Shown: positions 8,647 through 17,479 of the stretch, piece after piece
How positions within the stretch are numbered: position 1 is the stretch's first letter
Layout: each line of letters begins with the position of its first letter
From: an uncultured Candidatus Binatia bacterium
Lineage (GTDB): Bacteria; Desulfobacterota; Binatia; UBA9968; JAJDTQ01
NCBI GenBank assembly: GCA_965213675.1
Contig: OZ243916.1
Coordinates: forward strand, 2,528,001-2,592,000
Reading direction: 5' to 3'
DNA: 64,000 nt
The notes under the pieces: generated by a model
What the model saw: only the letters and a program-made list of their open reading frames with translations
Told to the model about the DNA's origin: nothing
Database searches by the model: none
Program-made: the position numbers and the translations under genes

Positions 8647-9645
8647 TCACGCGCACACTTGCGTCGCGGCCTCCTCGGGCTCGGGCCAGGGAGACGCCAA
8701 CGCGAACTCCGCCGCCTCCTCCGCCAGAGCGCGCGCGTCCTGCTCCGCCTTCTCGAAGTCCTCGGCGGACGCGGCCCGGCGCCGCTTCAGCACCCGCGTG
8801 AAGCGCGCAATGGGGTCCTTCTTCTTCCAGTCGGCCAACTGCGACAATTCCCGGTACTTGCCGGGGTCGCCCTCATAGTGACCGCGGAGGCGGTAGGTGA
8901 GACATTCGACGAATGTCGGCCCCTTGCCAGCGCGGGCGTTGTCCACGGCCCGGCCCATGGCCTTGCGTACCGCCAGGATATCGTTGCCGTCCACGGTGGC
9001 GCCGGGGATGCCGTAGGTGCCCGCGTGCTGCGCCAGCCGCTCAACCCTGGTGTGGGCAGAGAGCGGCGTGAACTCGGCGTAGCCGTTGTTCTCGCACACG
9101 AAGATCACCGGAAGCCGCCACAGGCTGGCGATGTTCAGAGACTCATGGAAGGGGCCGGTCTGCCCCGCGCCGTCGCCAAAGAACACCACCGCCACCCGCC
9201 CGGCGCCCTTCTCCCGTGCCGCGAACGCCGCCCCCAGCGCCAGGGGCACCGTGCCGCCCACCACGCCGCTGGCGGTGACGAAGCCGGTCTCCGCGGCCAC
9301 CACGTGCATGGACCCGCCCTTGCCGCGGCAATAGCCGTTGGCGCGACCCGCCAACTCAGCCATGAGCCGGCTCACGTCCGCGCCCTTGGCGATGGCGTGT
9401 CCGTGGGAGCGGTGTCCACCGTAGACCATGTCATCGGTGTCGAGCAGCCCGCACACGCCCACCGCCACAGCCTCCTGCCCGATGCCGAGGTGCAACAGCC
9501 CGACGATCTCCCGCGCCGCGTAGAGCGCCGACACCTTCTCCTCGAAGGCGCGAATCACCCACATACGCCGGAGCAGCGACAGCAGGTCGCCACTGTCGTC
9601 CCCGCGGGTTGCCTGCCTGGTTCTCCCCCGCTTCGTTACCTTCAT
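8647..9645 (-). CDS. 2-oxoacid/acetoin dehydrogenase E1 alpha subunit (TPP-dependent)
   Basis: Motifs HLGIGQEA, HRSHGH, GKGGSMH, the TPP motif FFGDGA...ENN, and TYRLRGHYEGD. Confidence 0.9.
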   Translation of the reverse strand: MKVTKRGRTRQATRGDDSGDLLSLLRRMWVIRAFEEKVSALYAAREIVGLLHLGIGQEAVAVGVCGLLDTDDMVYGGHRSHGHAIAKGADVSRLMAELAGRANGYCRGKGGSMHVVAAETGFVTASGVVGGTVPLALGAAFAAREKGAGRVAVVFFGDGAGQTGPFHESLNIASLWRLPVIFVCENNGYAEFTPLSAHTRVERLAQHAGTYGIPGATVDGNDILAVRKAMGRAVDNARAGKGPTFVECLTYRLRGHYEGDPGKYRELSQLADWKKKDPIARFTRVLKRRRAASAEDFEKAEQDARALAEEAAEFALASPWPEPEEAATQVCA

Positions 9646-9741
9646 GTGACTTCTCCCGGTCCTTCAACCCGCCGTCTGATCCGACCGCCTTCACGGGCGA
9701 TCCCGTGACGTCATACCCGGTCCGATTGGCCCCTCCCCGCT

Positions 9742-9835
9742 CCTGGGTTCCCGCTTCCGCGGGAATGACGTATTCGTGTCGTCTCCGCACAGGGCGGTTT
9801 GGCACAGCCTGTTCCGGGGGAATGACGGTATGGGA
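9742..9835. repeat. REP-like element, family B (GTCATTCCCGC...GCGGGAATGAC)
   Basis: TTCCCGCTTCCGCGGGAATGACG at about 9748-9770 and a second arm at 9808-9829. The reverse complement of 9795-9832 resembles 48252-48290. Confidence 0.65.
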
Positions 9836-9848
9836 CGGTGGCGCCCCC

Positions 9849-11405
9849 TCAACTGCCCAACGAGACTGTCGGCCCGTCTGCCGCCAAGCGGCGAAACCGC
9901 GCCCGGTCGACCTTGAATGCGTGGGCCTCGGTGGCGGGCCACTGATAGAAGGCGTCCGGCACCTTGTAGCCCGGCAGGGTCTGGCGCAGCCACGCCGCCA
10001 GCGCCTCGGCATCGGGACCGACCTCGCGCAGCTGCACGAACGCGACGCAGCGCTGGCCGAACTCCTCGTCGGGAATGGGCACCACCACCGCCTGGTCGAC
10101 GCCGTCGTGATCGGTCAGAACGCGCTCGATCTCCTCGGGATGAATGGTCTCACCCCCGGAAAAGAAGCGGTTGTCGCGCCGCCCGATGACCGTCAGGTAC
10201 CCGTCCTCGCCGACCCTGCCGAGATCGCCGGTGGCGAACCAGCCGTCGCCTGTCAGCGGACGGCGCAGCTTGCCGCCATCCACGTAACCCATGAACAGGG
10301 TCTCTCCGGCCAACTGGATCTCCCCCTCTTCGCCGATGCGCAGCCGGCGGTGCGGCAACAGCTTCCCCGACGTCAGCCGCTGGGCCGTGGTGGAGCCCGG
10401 TCCCGTCGTGGCCACCTGCGACGCCATCTCGGTACAGCCGTAGCTCGCGAACACCGGCAGGCCGCGGGCGGCGGCGCGCTCCAAGAGTTTCAGCGGCACC
10501 GGGCTGCCGCCCAGGATAATGTAGCGCAACGCGGGGTAGCGCACGGACTCCGGCTGCCGCAACAGCCGGTGCAGTTGCGTCACCACCACCGACAGGTGCG
10601 TGACCTCGTACCGGCTCAGCACCGCGTCGAGTGTCTCCCCCCGGTCGGGCATCACCACCGTGGAGCCCGCCAGCAGGGACCGAAACAGGATGCCGAGCCC
10701 GCCCACGTGATACAGCGGCAAGTCCAGCAGCCAGCGATCACCGGGCTGGAGCGGCAGGTTCGTGTTGGAACCGGCGGCGTTGTAGTAGTGATTGCCGTAG
10801 GAGTGCAGCACCGCCTTGGGCGCGCCGGTGCTGCCGGACGTGAAAACGATGGTCGCGGGGCGGTCCAGCGGCATGGCGCGGTCCCGGTTCCGGCCGCCGG
10901 GCCGAACCGAAGCCGCGTCCGCATGGAGGCCTTCGCCGCTGTGGCCACCACCGGCTTCCTGCCCGTCGCCGTCCGTCAGGCTCGGCAGTTCGCCGCTCTC
11001 GATGACTCGGACATCCCCGTTCAGGACAGGCCGCCCGTCACCGCCGCCCGCCAGTCGCGCGCCCGCCGGGGCTTCCCCTGCGGATGTCTGCACGACCAGC
11101 CAGCGACAATTCACACGGCCCAGAAGGTCCGCCACCGCCCGCTCCGGAAGCCGCGTGTTCATGGGACAGCACACCGCCCCCAGGCGCAGGATCGCCAGCA
11201 GCCACACGAGGTAGTCCGGGCTGTTGGGAGCGCAAACGGCGATGCGGTCGCCGGGGTTGCATCCCGCCCGCTCCAACGCCGCCGTCACCCCGGTCACGCG
11301 CTGGTGAAACTCCGCGTAGGAGACAACCCGTGCGCCGCTGACCACCGCGGGCCGGTGGCCGCAGCGCTCGGCGGCTTCTTCGAGGGGGCAGCGAATCTCA
11401 GTCAT
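9849..11405 (-). CDS. menE: o-succinylbenzoate--CoA ligase
   Basis: AMP-binding motif FTSGSTGAPKAV, plus LPLYHVGG, SYGCTEMASQV, TGDLG and GRRDNRFFSGGETIHPEEIE. Lies downstream of menB and menA. Confidence 0.85.
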   Translation of the reverse strand: MTEIRCPLEEAAERCGHRPAVVSGARVVSYAEFHQRVTGVTAALERAGCNPGDRIAVCAPNSPDYLVWLLAILRLGAVCCPMNTRLPERAVADLLGRVNCRWLVVQTSAGEAPAGARLAGGGDGRPVLNGDVRVIESGELPSLTDGDGQEAGGGHSGEGLHADAASVRPGGRNRDRAMPLDRPATIVFTSGSTGAPKAVLHSYGNHYYNAAGSNTNLPLQPGDRWLLDLPLYHVGGLGILFRSLLAGSTVVMPDRGETLDAVLSRYEVTHLSVVVTQLHRLLRQPESVRYPALRYIILGGSPVPLKLLERAAARGLPVFASYGCTEMASQVATTGPGSTTAQRLTSGKLLPHRRLRIGEEGEIQLAGETLFMGYVDGGKLRRPLTGDGWFATGDLGRVGEDGYLTVIGRRDNRFFSGGETIHPEEIERVLTDHDGVDQAVVVPIPDEEFGQRCVAFVQLREVGPDAEALAAWLRQTLPGYKVPDAFYQWPATEAHAFKVDRARFRRLAADGPTVSLGS

Positions 11406-11467
11406 GCCGTATCTCAATCAGCCTCGATGGGTCGATGCGGTGCGCAATGGGTGATTACCTGGGAGCT

Positions 11468-11642
11468 TGCGCCGCAGAAACTCGCGAATGCGAAAATTCG
11501 CTACCGCCGTCCCTTCGGCCGCTCGATTGAGGAGAATATCATGTCATATTTGACGAAATCGAGCGGCCGAAGGATTTGACGAGATCAAGCGGCCGAAGGG
11601 ACGGCTGAAAGCGAATTTGCAGCCGTGAATTCCTGCGGCGCA
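11468..11642. repeat. About 175-bp imperfect inverted repeat (MITE-like/structured element)
   Basis: TGCGCCGCAG...AAATTCGCT...GCCGTCCCTTCGGCCGCT pairs with AGCGGCCGAAGGGACGGC...AGCGAATTT...CTGCGGCGCA. The AGCGGCCGAAGG arm is internally duplicated. Confidence 0.7.
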
Positions 11643-11781
11643 GGCGCCTGACCGGTCCTGAGCTTGCCGGAGGGATCGGGACCCACGGAAAGAGAATCGG
11701 CGGAACCCTGAACCTGACACGGTTTGTCCTGAGCGTAGCGAAGTCGAAGGACCTGGAATCAAATCCGGCGGACTCCTGGAT

Positions 11782-12708
11782 TCAGAGCATCCAGCCGATG
11801 GAGAACACGGCGCTGTACAGCAGAAGCAGCCGGGCGGTGTCGGCGAGGACGGGGTTCAATTGCGGGCCTTCGGCCGCGTAGAGGCGGCGGAACGCCGGCA
11901 GGGCCGCGGCGATCACGGCGACGGTGGCGACGGACCAGGGGCGCCGGCCCGAGGCGAGGTAGAGAAGCAGCGGCAGCAGGCACGCCACGACCACGGCCGC
12001 GATGTATTCGAGGCGGGCGAAGCCCGGACCGAAGCGCACCGCCAGCGTGCGCTTGCCGGTGCGGCGGTCTTCATCGGCGTCGCGGAGGTTGTTGACCGCG
12101 AGGATGGCGACCGACAGAAGCCCCGGCGCCAGGCCCGCGACGATGACGGTGGCGTTCACGCTCAGCGCCTGGACGTAATAGGTGCCGGCCACCGCCACGG
12201 GGCCAAAGAAGATCAGCACAAAGAAGTCGCCGAGGCCCAGGTAGCCCAGAGGGCGGGGTCCACCGGTGTAAAGCATCCCGGCCGTCACCGACAGGACGCC
12301 GATGAGGGCGGCGGGCCATCCGCCGCGCCACACAAGATAGAGACCGCACAGCAAGGTCAGCGCCAGCACCACGAGGATGCCGCGCTTCATCATGCCCGGG
12401 GACACGAGGCCGGCCTGGGTCACTCGAAGCGGCCCCTGCCGGGCCTCGGTGTCGGCGCCCTTTTCGAAATCGAAGAGGTCGTTGGCGAAGTTGGTGGCCA
12501 CCTGGATCAGCACGGAACAGGCCAGCGCCGCCAGCGCCGCGGGGGCGTGGAATCCGCCGTCGCCGTAGGCCATGGCCACACCGATCAGGACAGGGGCGAT
12601 GGAGGCCCAGAGAGTCTTGGGCCTGGCCGCCAGGATCCATACCGTGACGGCGCCTGGCGGTGCCGGCGCGTGTCCGCCACCGCCGGTTGGTCCAGCGGCC
12701 TGCCTCAC
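11782..12708 (-). CDS. menA: 1,4-dihydroxy-2-naphthoate polyprenyltransferase
   Basis: Motifs AARPKTL, NFANDLFDFEKGAD, YTGGPRPLGYLGLGD and NNLRDADEDRRTGKRTLAVRFG. Start codon uncertain. Confidence 0.9.
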   Translation of the reverse strand: MRQAAGPTGGGGHAPAPPGAVTVWILAARPKTLWASIAPVLIGVAMAYGDGGFHAPAALAALACSVLIQVATNFANDLFDFEKGADTEARQGPLRVTQAGLVSPGMMKRGILVVLALTLLCGLYLVWRGGWPAALIGVLSVTAGMLYTGGPRPLGYLGLGDFFVLIFFGPVAVAGTYYVQALSVNATVIVAGLAPGLLSVAILAVNNLRDADEDRRTGKRTLAVRFGPGFARLEYIAAVVVACLLPLLLYLASGRRPWSVATVAVIAAALPAFRRLYAAEGPQLNPVLADTARLLLLYSAVFSIGWML

Positions 12709-12831
12709 GGAACCCTTCGACCCTGTGCCTGGATGGTGCCTGTAACCATGCGACAGCCTGTGGCGTTGGGCGGGCTCGTACCTCAGGGCTTGTTCCGGGG
12801 CATCACTCTGACACCGGGGCTTGCGGCCGTT

Positions 12832-13653
12832 TCAGGGACGCTTGGGGAACTTGGAGAAGTCGGGCTGGCGTTTCTCCACGAAGGCGTTGCGTCCCTCCTG
12901 CCCCTCTTCGGTCATGTAGAAGAGCATGGTGGCGTTGCCCGCCAGCTCCTGCAGGCCGGCCTGGCCGTCGCAATCGGCATTGAACGCGGCCTTGAGGCAG
13001 CGGATGGCGATGGGCGACTTGGCGAGGATCTCGCGGCACCACTGGACCGTTTCCTCCTCCAGCCGCTCGTACGGCACCACCGCGTTCACCAGCCCCATGT
13101 CCAGGGCCTCCTGGGCGTTGTACTGCCGGCACAGGTACCAAATTTCACGCGCCTTCTTCTGGCCCACGATGCGCGCCAGGTAAGTGGCGCCGTAGCCGCC
13201 ATCAAAAGAGCCCACGCGCGGCCCGGTCTGCCCGAAGATGGCGTTGTCCGCGGCGATGGTGAGGTCGCACATGACGTGCAGCACGTGGCCGCCGCCCACG
13301 GCGTAACCCGCCACCATGGCGATGACGGGCATGGGGCAACTGCGCATCTGGCGCTGGAAATCCAGCACGTTCAACCGGTGCACCCCGGCCCCGTCCTTGT
13401 AGCCGGAATCACCGCGCACCTTCTGGTCGCCGCCGGAGCAGAACGCTTCCCGGCCCTCGCCGGTGAGGATCACCACGCCGATGGCCGGGTCGTTGCGCGC
13501 CTCGTCGAGCGCCTGGATCATCTCCTCCACCGTCAGCGGCCTGAAGGCGTTGCGCACCTCCGGGCGGTTGATGGTGATCTTCGCGATGCCGTCGGTCTTG
13601 TGGTACTTGATGTCGGTGAACTGTCCCGCTTCGGTCCATTCGATTACAGCCAT
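12832..13653 (-). CDS. menB: 1,4-dihydroxy-2-naphthoyl-CoA synthase
   Basis: Motifs [46 protein letters not shown] and [20 protein letters not shown]. Confidence 0.97.
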   Translation of the reverse strand: MAVIEWTEAGQFTDIKYHKTDGIAKITINRPEVRNAFRPLTVEEMIQALDEARNDPAIGVVILTGEGREAFCSGGDQKVRGDSGYKDGAGVHRLNVLDFQRQMRSCPMPVIAMVAGYAVGGGHVLHVMCDLTIAADNAIFGQTGPRVGSFDGGYGATYLARIVGQKKAREIWYLCRQYNAQEALDMGLVNAVVPYERLEEETVQWCREILAKSPIAIRCLKAAFNADCDGQAGLQELAGNATMLFYMTEEGQEGRNAFVEKRQPDFSKFPKRP

Positions 13654-13775
13654 GGTCAAACCTCGATTCGACGAGTCTCGATTCGATCATTTCGACGAGA
13701 CTTTTCCGAGCGGCTTACCATATCCTGCGGGGTTTTTCTGTAGCGGGGTCGAGCGATTTCACCACGACCCGGTTG

Positions 13776-13850
13776 CCAGGAGCCTGTGGGGAACTGGACC
13801 CATTTCCCTGCCTCGCCGTAGATTCCTGATAAACCCGACAGGCTCCCAGG
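13776..13850. repeat. Short inverted-repeat element (GGAGCCTGT...ACAGGCTCC)
   Basis: Arms CCAGGAGCCTGTGGG and CCCGACAGGCTCCCAGG. A related arm, TAGGAGCCTGTCGG, is at 6639-6652. Confidence 0.5.
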
Positions 13851-13959
13851 CAGCGGAACGGGTGCGGTTCCGGCTGGGTGTGCCCCCTGACCGATAGTCT
13901 CCTCGAATCCACCCGAAACCGGCCTCTGTTTCGCGCCACGATGCGGCCGAACCGACAGG

Positions 13960-15084
13960 CTACGGGCCGGCCTGCACTCGCGTCCCCGTCTCCGCTGACC
14001 GCGCGACGGCATGGAGCACACGCTCGAAACGCAGCGCCACGGCGAAGTCCGGCCACGCGGGCACGTCGTCCGCAATGGCCTGGAGAAAGTTGGCGAGTTC
14101 AATGGTCTTGAGCTCGTTGAAACCCAGTCCGTGGCCCGGCGCCGGGCAGAACTTGCCGTAGCGCTCGTGGGCCGGTCCCGCCAGGATGGTCTTGAACCCC
14201 TGCTCGCCCGCCGGACCCTCGTTCTGGAACAGACGCAGTTCGTTCATGCGTTCCTGGTCCTGAACCAGCATTCCGGCGTCGCCGTGAAGCTCCCACGCCA
14301 AGTGGTTCTTGCGCCCCCAAGCGGTGCGCGACGACGAGATCACTCCGGTCACACCGCTCTCGAAGGCGACCAGCGCGGAGGCAACGTCCTCATTCTCCAC
14401 CGCGAGCCGTTCCCCTTCCGCGGCAGCCGGGCGGGTGGCGTAGTGGATGCGGCAGTCGGCGAGAACGCTGGCGATGTTTCCCAGCAGGCCGTCGGCCATG
14501 CTGACCAGGTGGCACATCATGTCCCCCAACACGCCCATACCGGCCTCGGCCCTGGCCGAGCGCCAGGTCCACGGCAGTTCCGGGTCGGCCTGGTAGTCCT
14601 CGTCGCACACGCCGCGAAAGAACAACGGTCGCCCGATGGCGCCGGAACGGAGCAGCGCGCGGGCGTGCTGGTACAAGGGGTTGCAGGTGTAGGCGTAGCC
14701 GACGATGGTCTTGCCCCTGGCCTTCGCCGCGGCCGCGGCCATGCGTTCGGCCTCGTCCAGGGTCAGAGCCAGGGGCTTCTCGCAGTAGACGTGCTTCCCC
14801 GCCGCCAGCGCGGCCATCGCCATCTCGCAATGGAACTTGTTCGGGGTCGTGATGGAGACGAGGTCGACATCGGGGTCATCCACCACCGCGCGCCAGTCAT
14901 CGGTGGCCTTGTCGAAGCCGCCTTGCGCGGCGTGCCGCTCGGCGACGGCGGCCTGCCGGTCGCACACGGAAATCAAACGCGGCGACAGTGGCGCATCGAA
15001 CACCGCCCGGACGGAGCGGTAAGCGAGCGTATGGCACTTGCCCATGAAGCCCGTGCCGATCAGACCGACTCCGATAGCGCGCAT
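13960..15084 (-). CDS. Gfo/Idh/MocA family oxidoreductase (probable inositol/cyclitol dehydrogenase)
   Basis: Motifs GLIGTGFMG, ITTPNKFH, HVYCEKPLA, GDMMCH and PAPGHGLGFNELK. Confidence 0.85.
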   Translation of the reverse strand: MRAIGVGLIGTGFMGKCHTLAYRSVRAVFDAPLSPRLISVCDRQAAVAERHAAQGGFDKATDDWRAVVDDPDVDLVSITTPNKFHCEMAMAALAAGKHVYCEKPLALTLDEAERMAAAAAKARGKTIVGYAYTCNPLYQHARALLRSGAIGRPLFFRGVCDEDYQADPELPWTWRSARAEAGMGVLGDMMCHLVSMADGLLGNIASVLADCRIHYATRPAAAEGERLAVENEDVASALVAFESGVTGVISSSRTAWGRKNHLAWELHGDAGMLVQDQERMNELRLFQNEGPAGEQGFKTILAGPAHERYGKFCPAPGHGLGFNELKTIELANFLQAIADDVPAWPDFAVALRFERVLHAVARSAETGTRVQAGP

Positions 15085-15201
15085 GCCGTCCCTCCACAAC
15101 GCGAACCGATGATTCGTTCATTGTAATGGATGGTCGGACGCGGGCCAAGACGACAAGCCGCGCCTGATCGAACCCTTCTGATCGGTGGGGCACTGTCGCG
15201 G

Positions 15202-15675
15202 TCACCACTTTCGATACGGCAGAAACTTCCCGCTGTAGGTGACGACGACTCGGTCGCCCTTGGGGTCTTCCTCCTTCTGGACGTCCAGCTCGAAGTCGAT
15301 GGCGCTCATGATGCCGTCGCCGAACATCTCGTGGATGATCGCCTTCATCGAGGTGCCGTAGATCTGGGTGATCTCGTGGAACCGGTAGATCAGCGGGTCC
15401 ACTGGAACCGTGCTGTCGAGAGCGCCCTTGGTGGGGATCTCCTGCAGCGCCGAAGCGACCTCGGAGGCCACGCCCTCGCCCAGGCCCACCGCGCCCACCG
15501 CCTTTTGAGCCTCTGCTTCGTCCATGGTTCCCTGTCCCATGAAGGCCGCGGCGACCCAAACCTTGTCCCGGCCCACGGCGGCGGCGATTTCCTGAAAGCT
15601 CAGACCCTTCTCCTTTTTGGCCGCCAGCATGATGTCCCTGGCCTCTTCCCTGCTCATCAGTTTTTCCAATGCCAT
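15202..15675 (-). CDS. cynS: Cyanase (cyanate hydratase)
   Basis: N-terminal HTH-like region followed by the cyanase signatures DPLIYRFHE, FGDGIMSAIDF and GKFLPY. Confidence 0.95.
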   Translation of the reverse strand: MALEKLMSREEARDIMLAAKKEKGLSFQEIAAAVGRDKVWVAAAFMGQGTMDEAEAQKAVGAVGLGEGVASEVASALQEIPTKGALDSTVPVDPLIYRFHEITQIYGTSMKAIIHEMFGDGIMSAIDFELDVQKEEDPKGDRVVVTYSGKFLPYRKW

Positions 15676-15732
15676 GACACTCCCTCCTTGAATTTTAGAA
15701 TAACTTCACGACGGATGGGGGCCGGCCCACCA

Positions 15733-16560
15733 TCAGTTCAGGGCCGGCCGCTCTCCGCTTCGGGCGCCGCTGATCAGGAACCGCAGCACATGGTTCCGGA
15801 TCCTCGTGTACTCGGGCAGTTCGATGACGGACTCCCGCGTGCGTGGACGCGGGATATCGACTTCAATGCAATCGGCAATGCAAGCCTCCGGGCTGTTGGA
15901 CATCAGCGCGATTCGGTCCGACAACAGAATGGCTTCGTCCACGTCGTGCGTGACCATGAAGATCGTATTTTCCGTCGCGCTCCACATGCGCACCAGTTCC
16001 TCCTGGATGACCCCGCGCGTGAGGGCGTCGATCTGCGCGAACGGCTCGTCCAGCAGCAGAATCTTGGGCTCCACGGCGAAGGCCCTGGCCAGGCCCACGC
16101 GCTGGCGCATCCCGCCCGACAGGTACGCCGGCCGCTTGGCCTCGGCTCCCTTCAAACCCATGAGGTCGATATATTTCTGCGTATGCTCGAGAGCTTGCGC
16201 CTTGCCCCAGTCGGGGTGGGCCGCGCGGACCCCGATGCGGATGTTGTCCAGGGCCGACAACCACGGCATCAGGGCAAAGCTCTGGAATACGACCATGCGG
16301 TCGAGCCCGGGGTCGGTGACCTCCCGGCCGTCGAGGATAATGCCGCCCGCCGAAGGCTTCTCGAAACCGGCCATGATGTTGAGCAACGTGCTCTTGCCGC
16401 ATCCGGAGTGGCCGATGGTGCTGATGAACTCCCCGCGCGCGATGCTCAGGCTGACGTCCTTCATGACGCAGAAGGAGTTCGACCGAGCCGTCCAGGAAGA
16501 AGCGCCGGCGGAGTCCCCGAAGTACTTGGTTACGTGGTCGATCTCTAAGAATGCACTCAT
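15733..16560 (-). CDS. cynD: Nitrate/cyanate ABC transporter ATP-binding subunit
   Basis: Motifs [29 protein letters not shown] and VTHDVDEAILLSDRI. Directly upstream of cynS. Confidence 0.85.
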   Translation of the reverse strand: MSAFLEIDHVTKYFGDSAGASSWTARSNSFCVMKDVSLSIARGEFISTIGHSGCGKSTLLNIMAGFEKPSAGGIILDGREVTDPGLDRMVVFQSFALMPWLSALDNIRIGVRAAHPDWGKAQALEHTQKYIDLMGLKGAEAKRPAYLSGGMRQRVGLARAFAVEPKILLLDEPFAQIDALTRGVIQEELVRMWSATENTIFMVTHDVDEAILLSDRIALMSNSPEACIADCIEVDIPRPRTRESVIELPEYTRIRNHVLRFLISGARSGERPALN

Positions 16561-16568
16561 GGCGCTGG

Positions 16569-17468
16569 TTACTCCGCGTAAGTGACGAGCTTGGCCAGGC
16601 GGTTGAAGCCGCTGTCCAGGATGACGCCCACCACGCCCACCACCAGAATCGCGAATATGACCCCGGAGATGTCGAGGTTGTTCCATTCGATCCAGCTCAG
16701 GTAGCCGACTCCCAGCTCGCCCAGGAGCATCTCGGCCGGGACCACCGCCACCAAGGCGCTGCCGAACGATATCCGGAGCCCGGCGACGATGGCGGGGGCC
16801 GCGGCCGGCAGCACCACCATGATGAGCCGGCGAAACCACGAGAGTTGCAACAGGCTGGCAACCCGAAGGTAATCCGTACGCATGGAGTTCACGCCAAAGG
16901 CGGTATTGGCCACCGTGGGCCACAACGAGGCCATGAACACCACAAGTATCGCGGTCATGGTCGGGTTTTGCACCGTGTAGAGAAGCAAGGGCATCCACGC
17001 CAGCGGCGATATGGGTTTGAGTAGCTGGATGAAGGGGTTGAACGCCTCGAACAGGGTGCGCGACAAGCCGATCACCATGCCGATGAGCACCGCCAGCACC
17101 GACGCCGCGGCAAAGCCGATGGCGAAGCGCGTGACCGTATAACGAATCAGGTGAGCGATGCCGTGGTCGTTGGTCCCCTTCTTGTGAAACGGGTCGGACA
17201 ACTCCTCTCCAACCTTCGCCATCACTTCCCACGGTCCCACCAGGCCCTTCACCTTGTCGGGGTTGTGGATATAACGTCCATCCTGGGCACGGACGATGTC
17301 GCCGTTGAATTCCAGGTTCATCAGCTGTTCTTCCGTGAGACCCGTCGGATCGAACGGGGCCCGGACGGTTGCGATGTGCCACGTTGCGACGAAGGTGCCG
17401 GTTACCAACAAGGAAATTATCAGGGAACCGGCCTTCCCCTTGAGCCGCAATAGTAACGAGTGCACCAC
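16569..17468 (-). CDS. cynB: Nitrate/cyanate ABC transporter permease (NrtB-like)
   Basis: Motifs PFIQLLKPISPLAWMP, LWPTVANTAFGV and GYLSWIEWN. AAGGAG RBS before GTG 17468. Confidence 0.85.
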   Translation of the reverse strand: MVHSLLLRLKGKAGSLIISLLVTGTFVATWHIATVRAPFDPTGLTEEQLMNLEFNGDIVRAQDGRYIHNPDKVKGLVGPWEVMAKVGEELSDPFHKKGTNDHGIAHLIRYTVTRFAIGFAAASVLAVLIGMVIGLSRTLFEAFNPFIQLLKPISPLAWMPLLLYTVQNPTMTAILVVFMASLWPTVANTAFGVNSMRTDYLRVASLLQLSWFRRLIMVVLPAAAPAIVAGLRISFGSALVAVVPAEMLLGELGVGYLSWIEWNNLDISGVIFAILVVGVVGVILDSGFNRLAKLVTYAE

Positions 17469-17479
17469 CGTCTCGCTCC

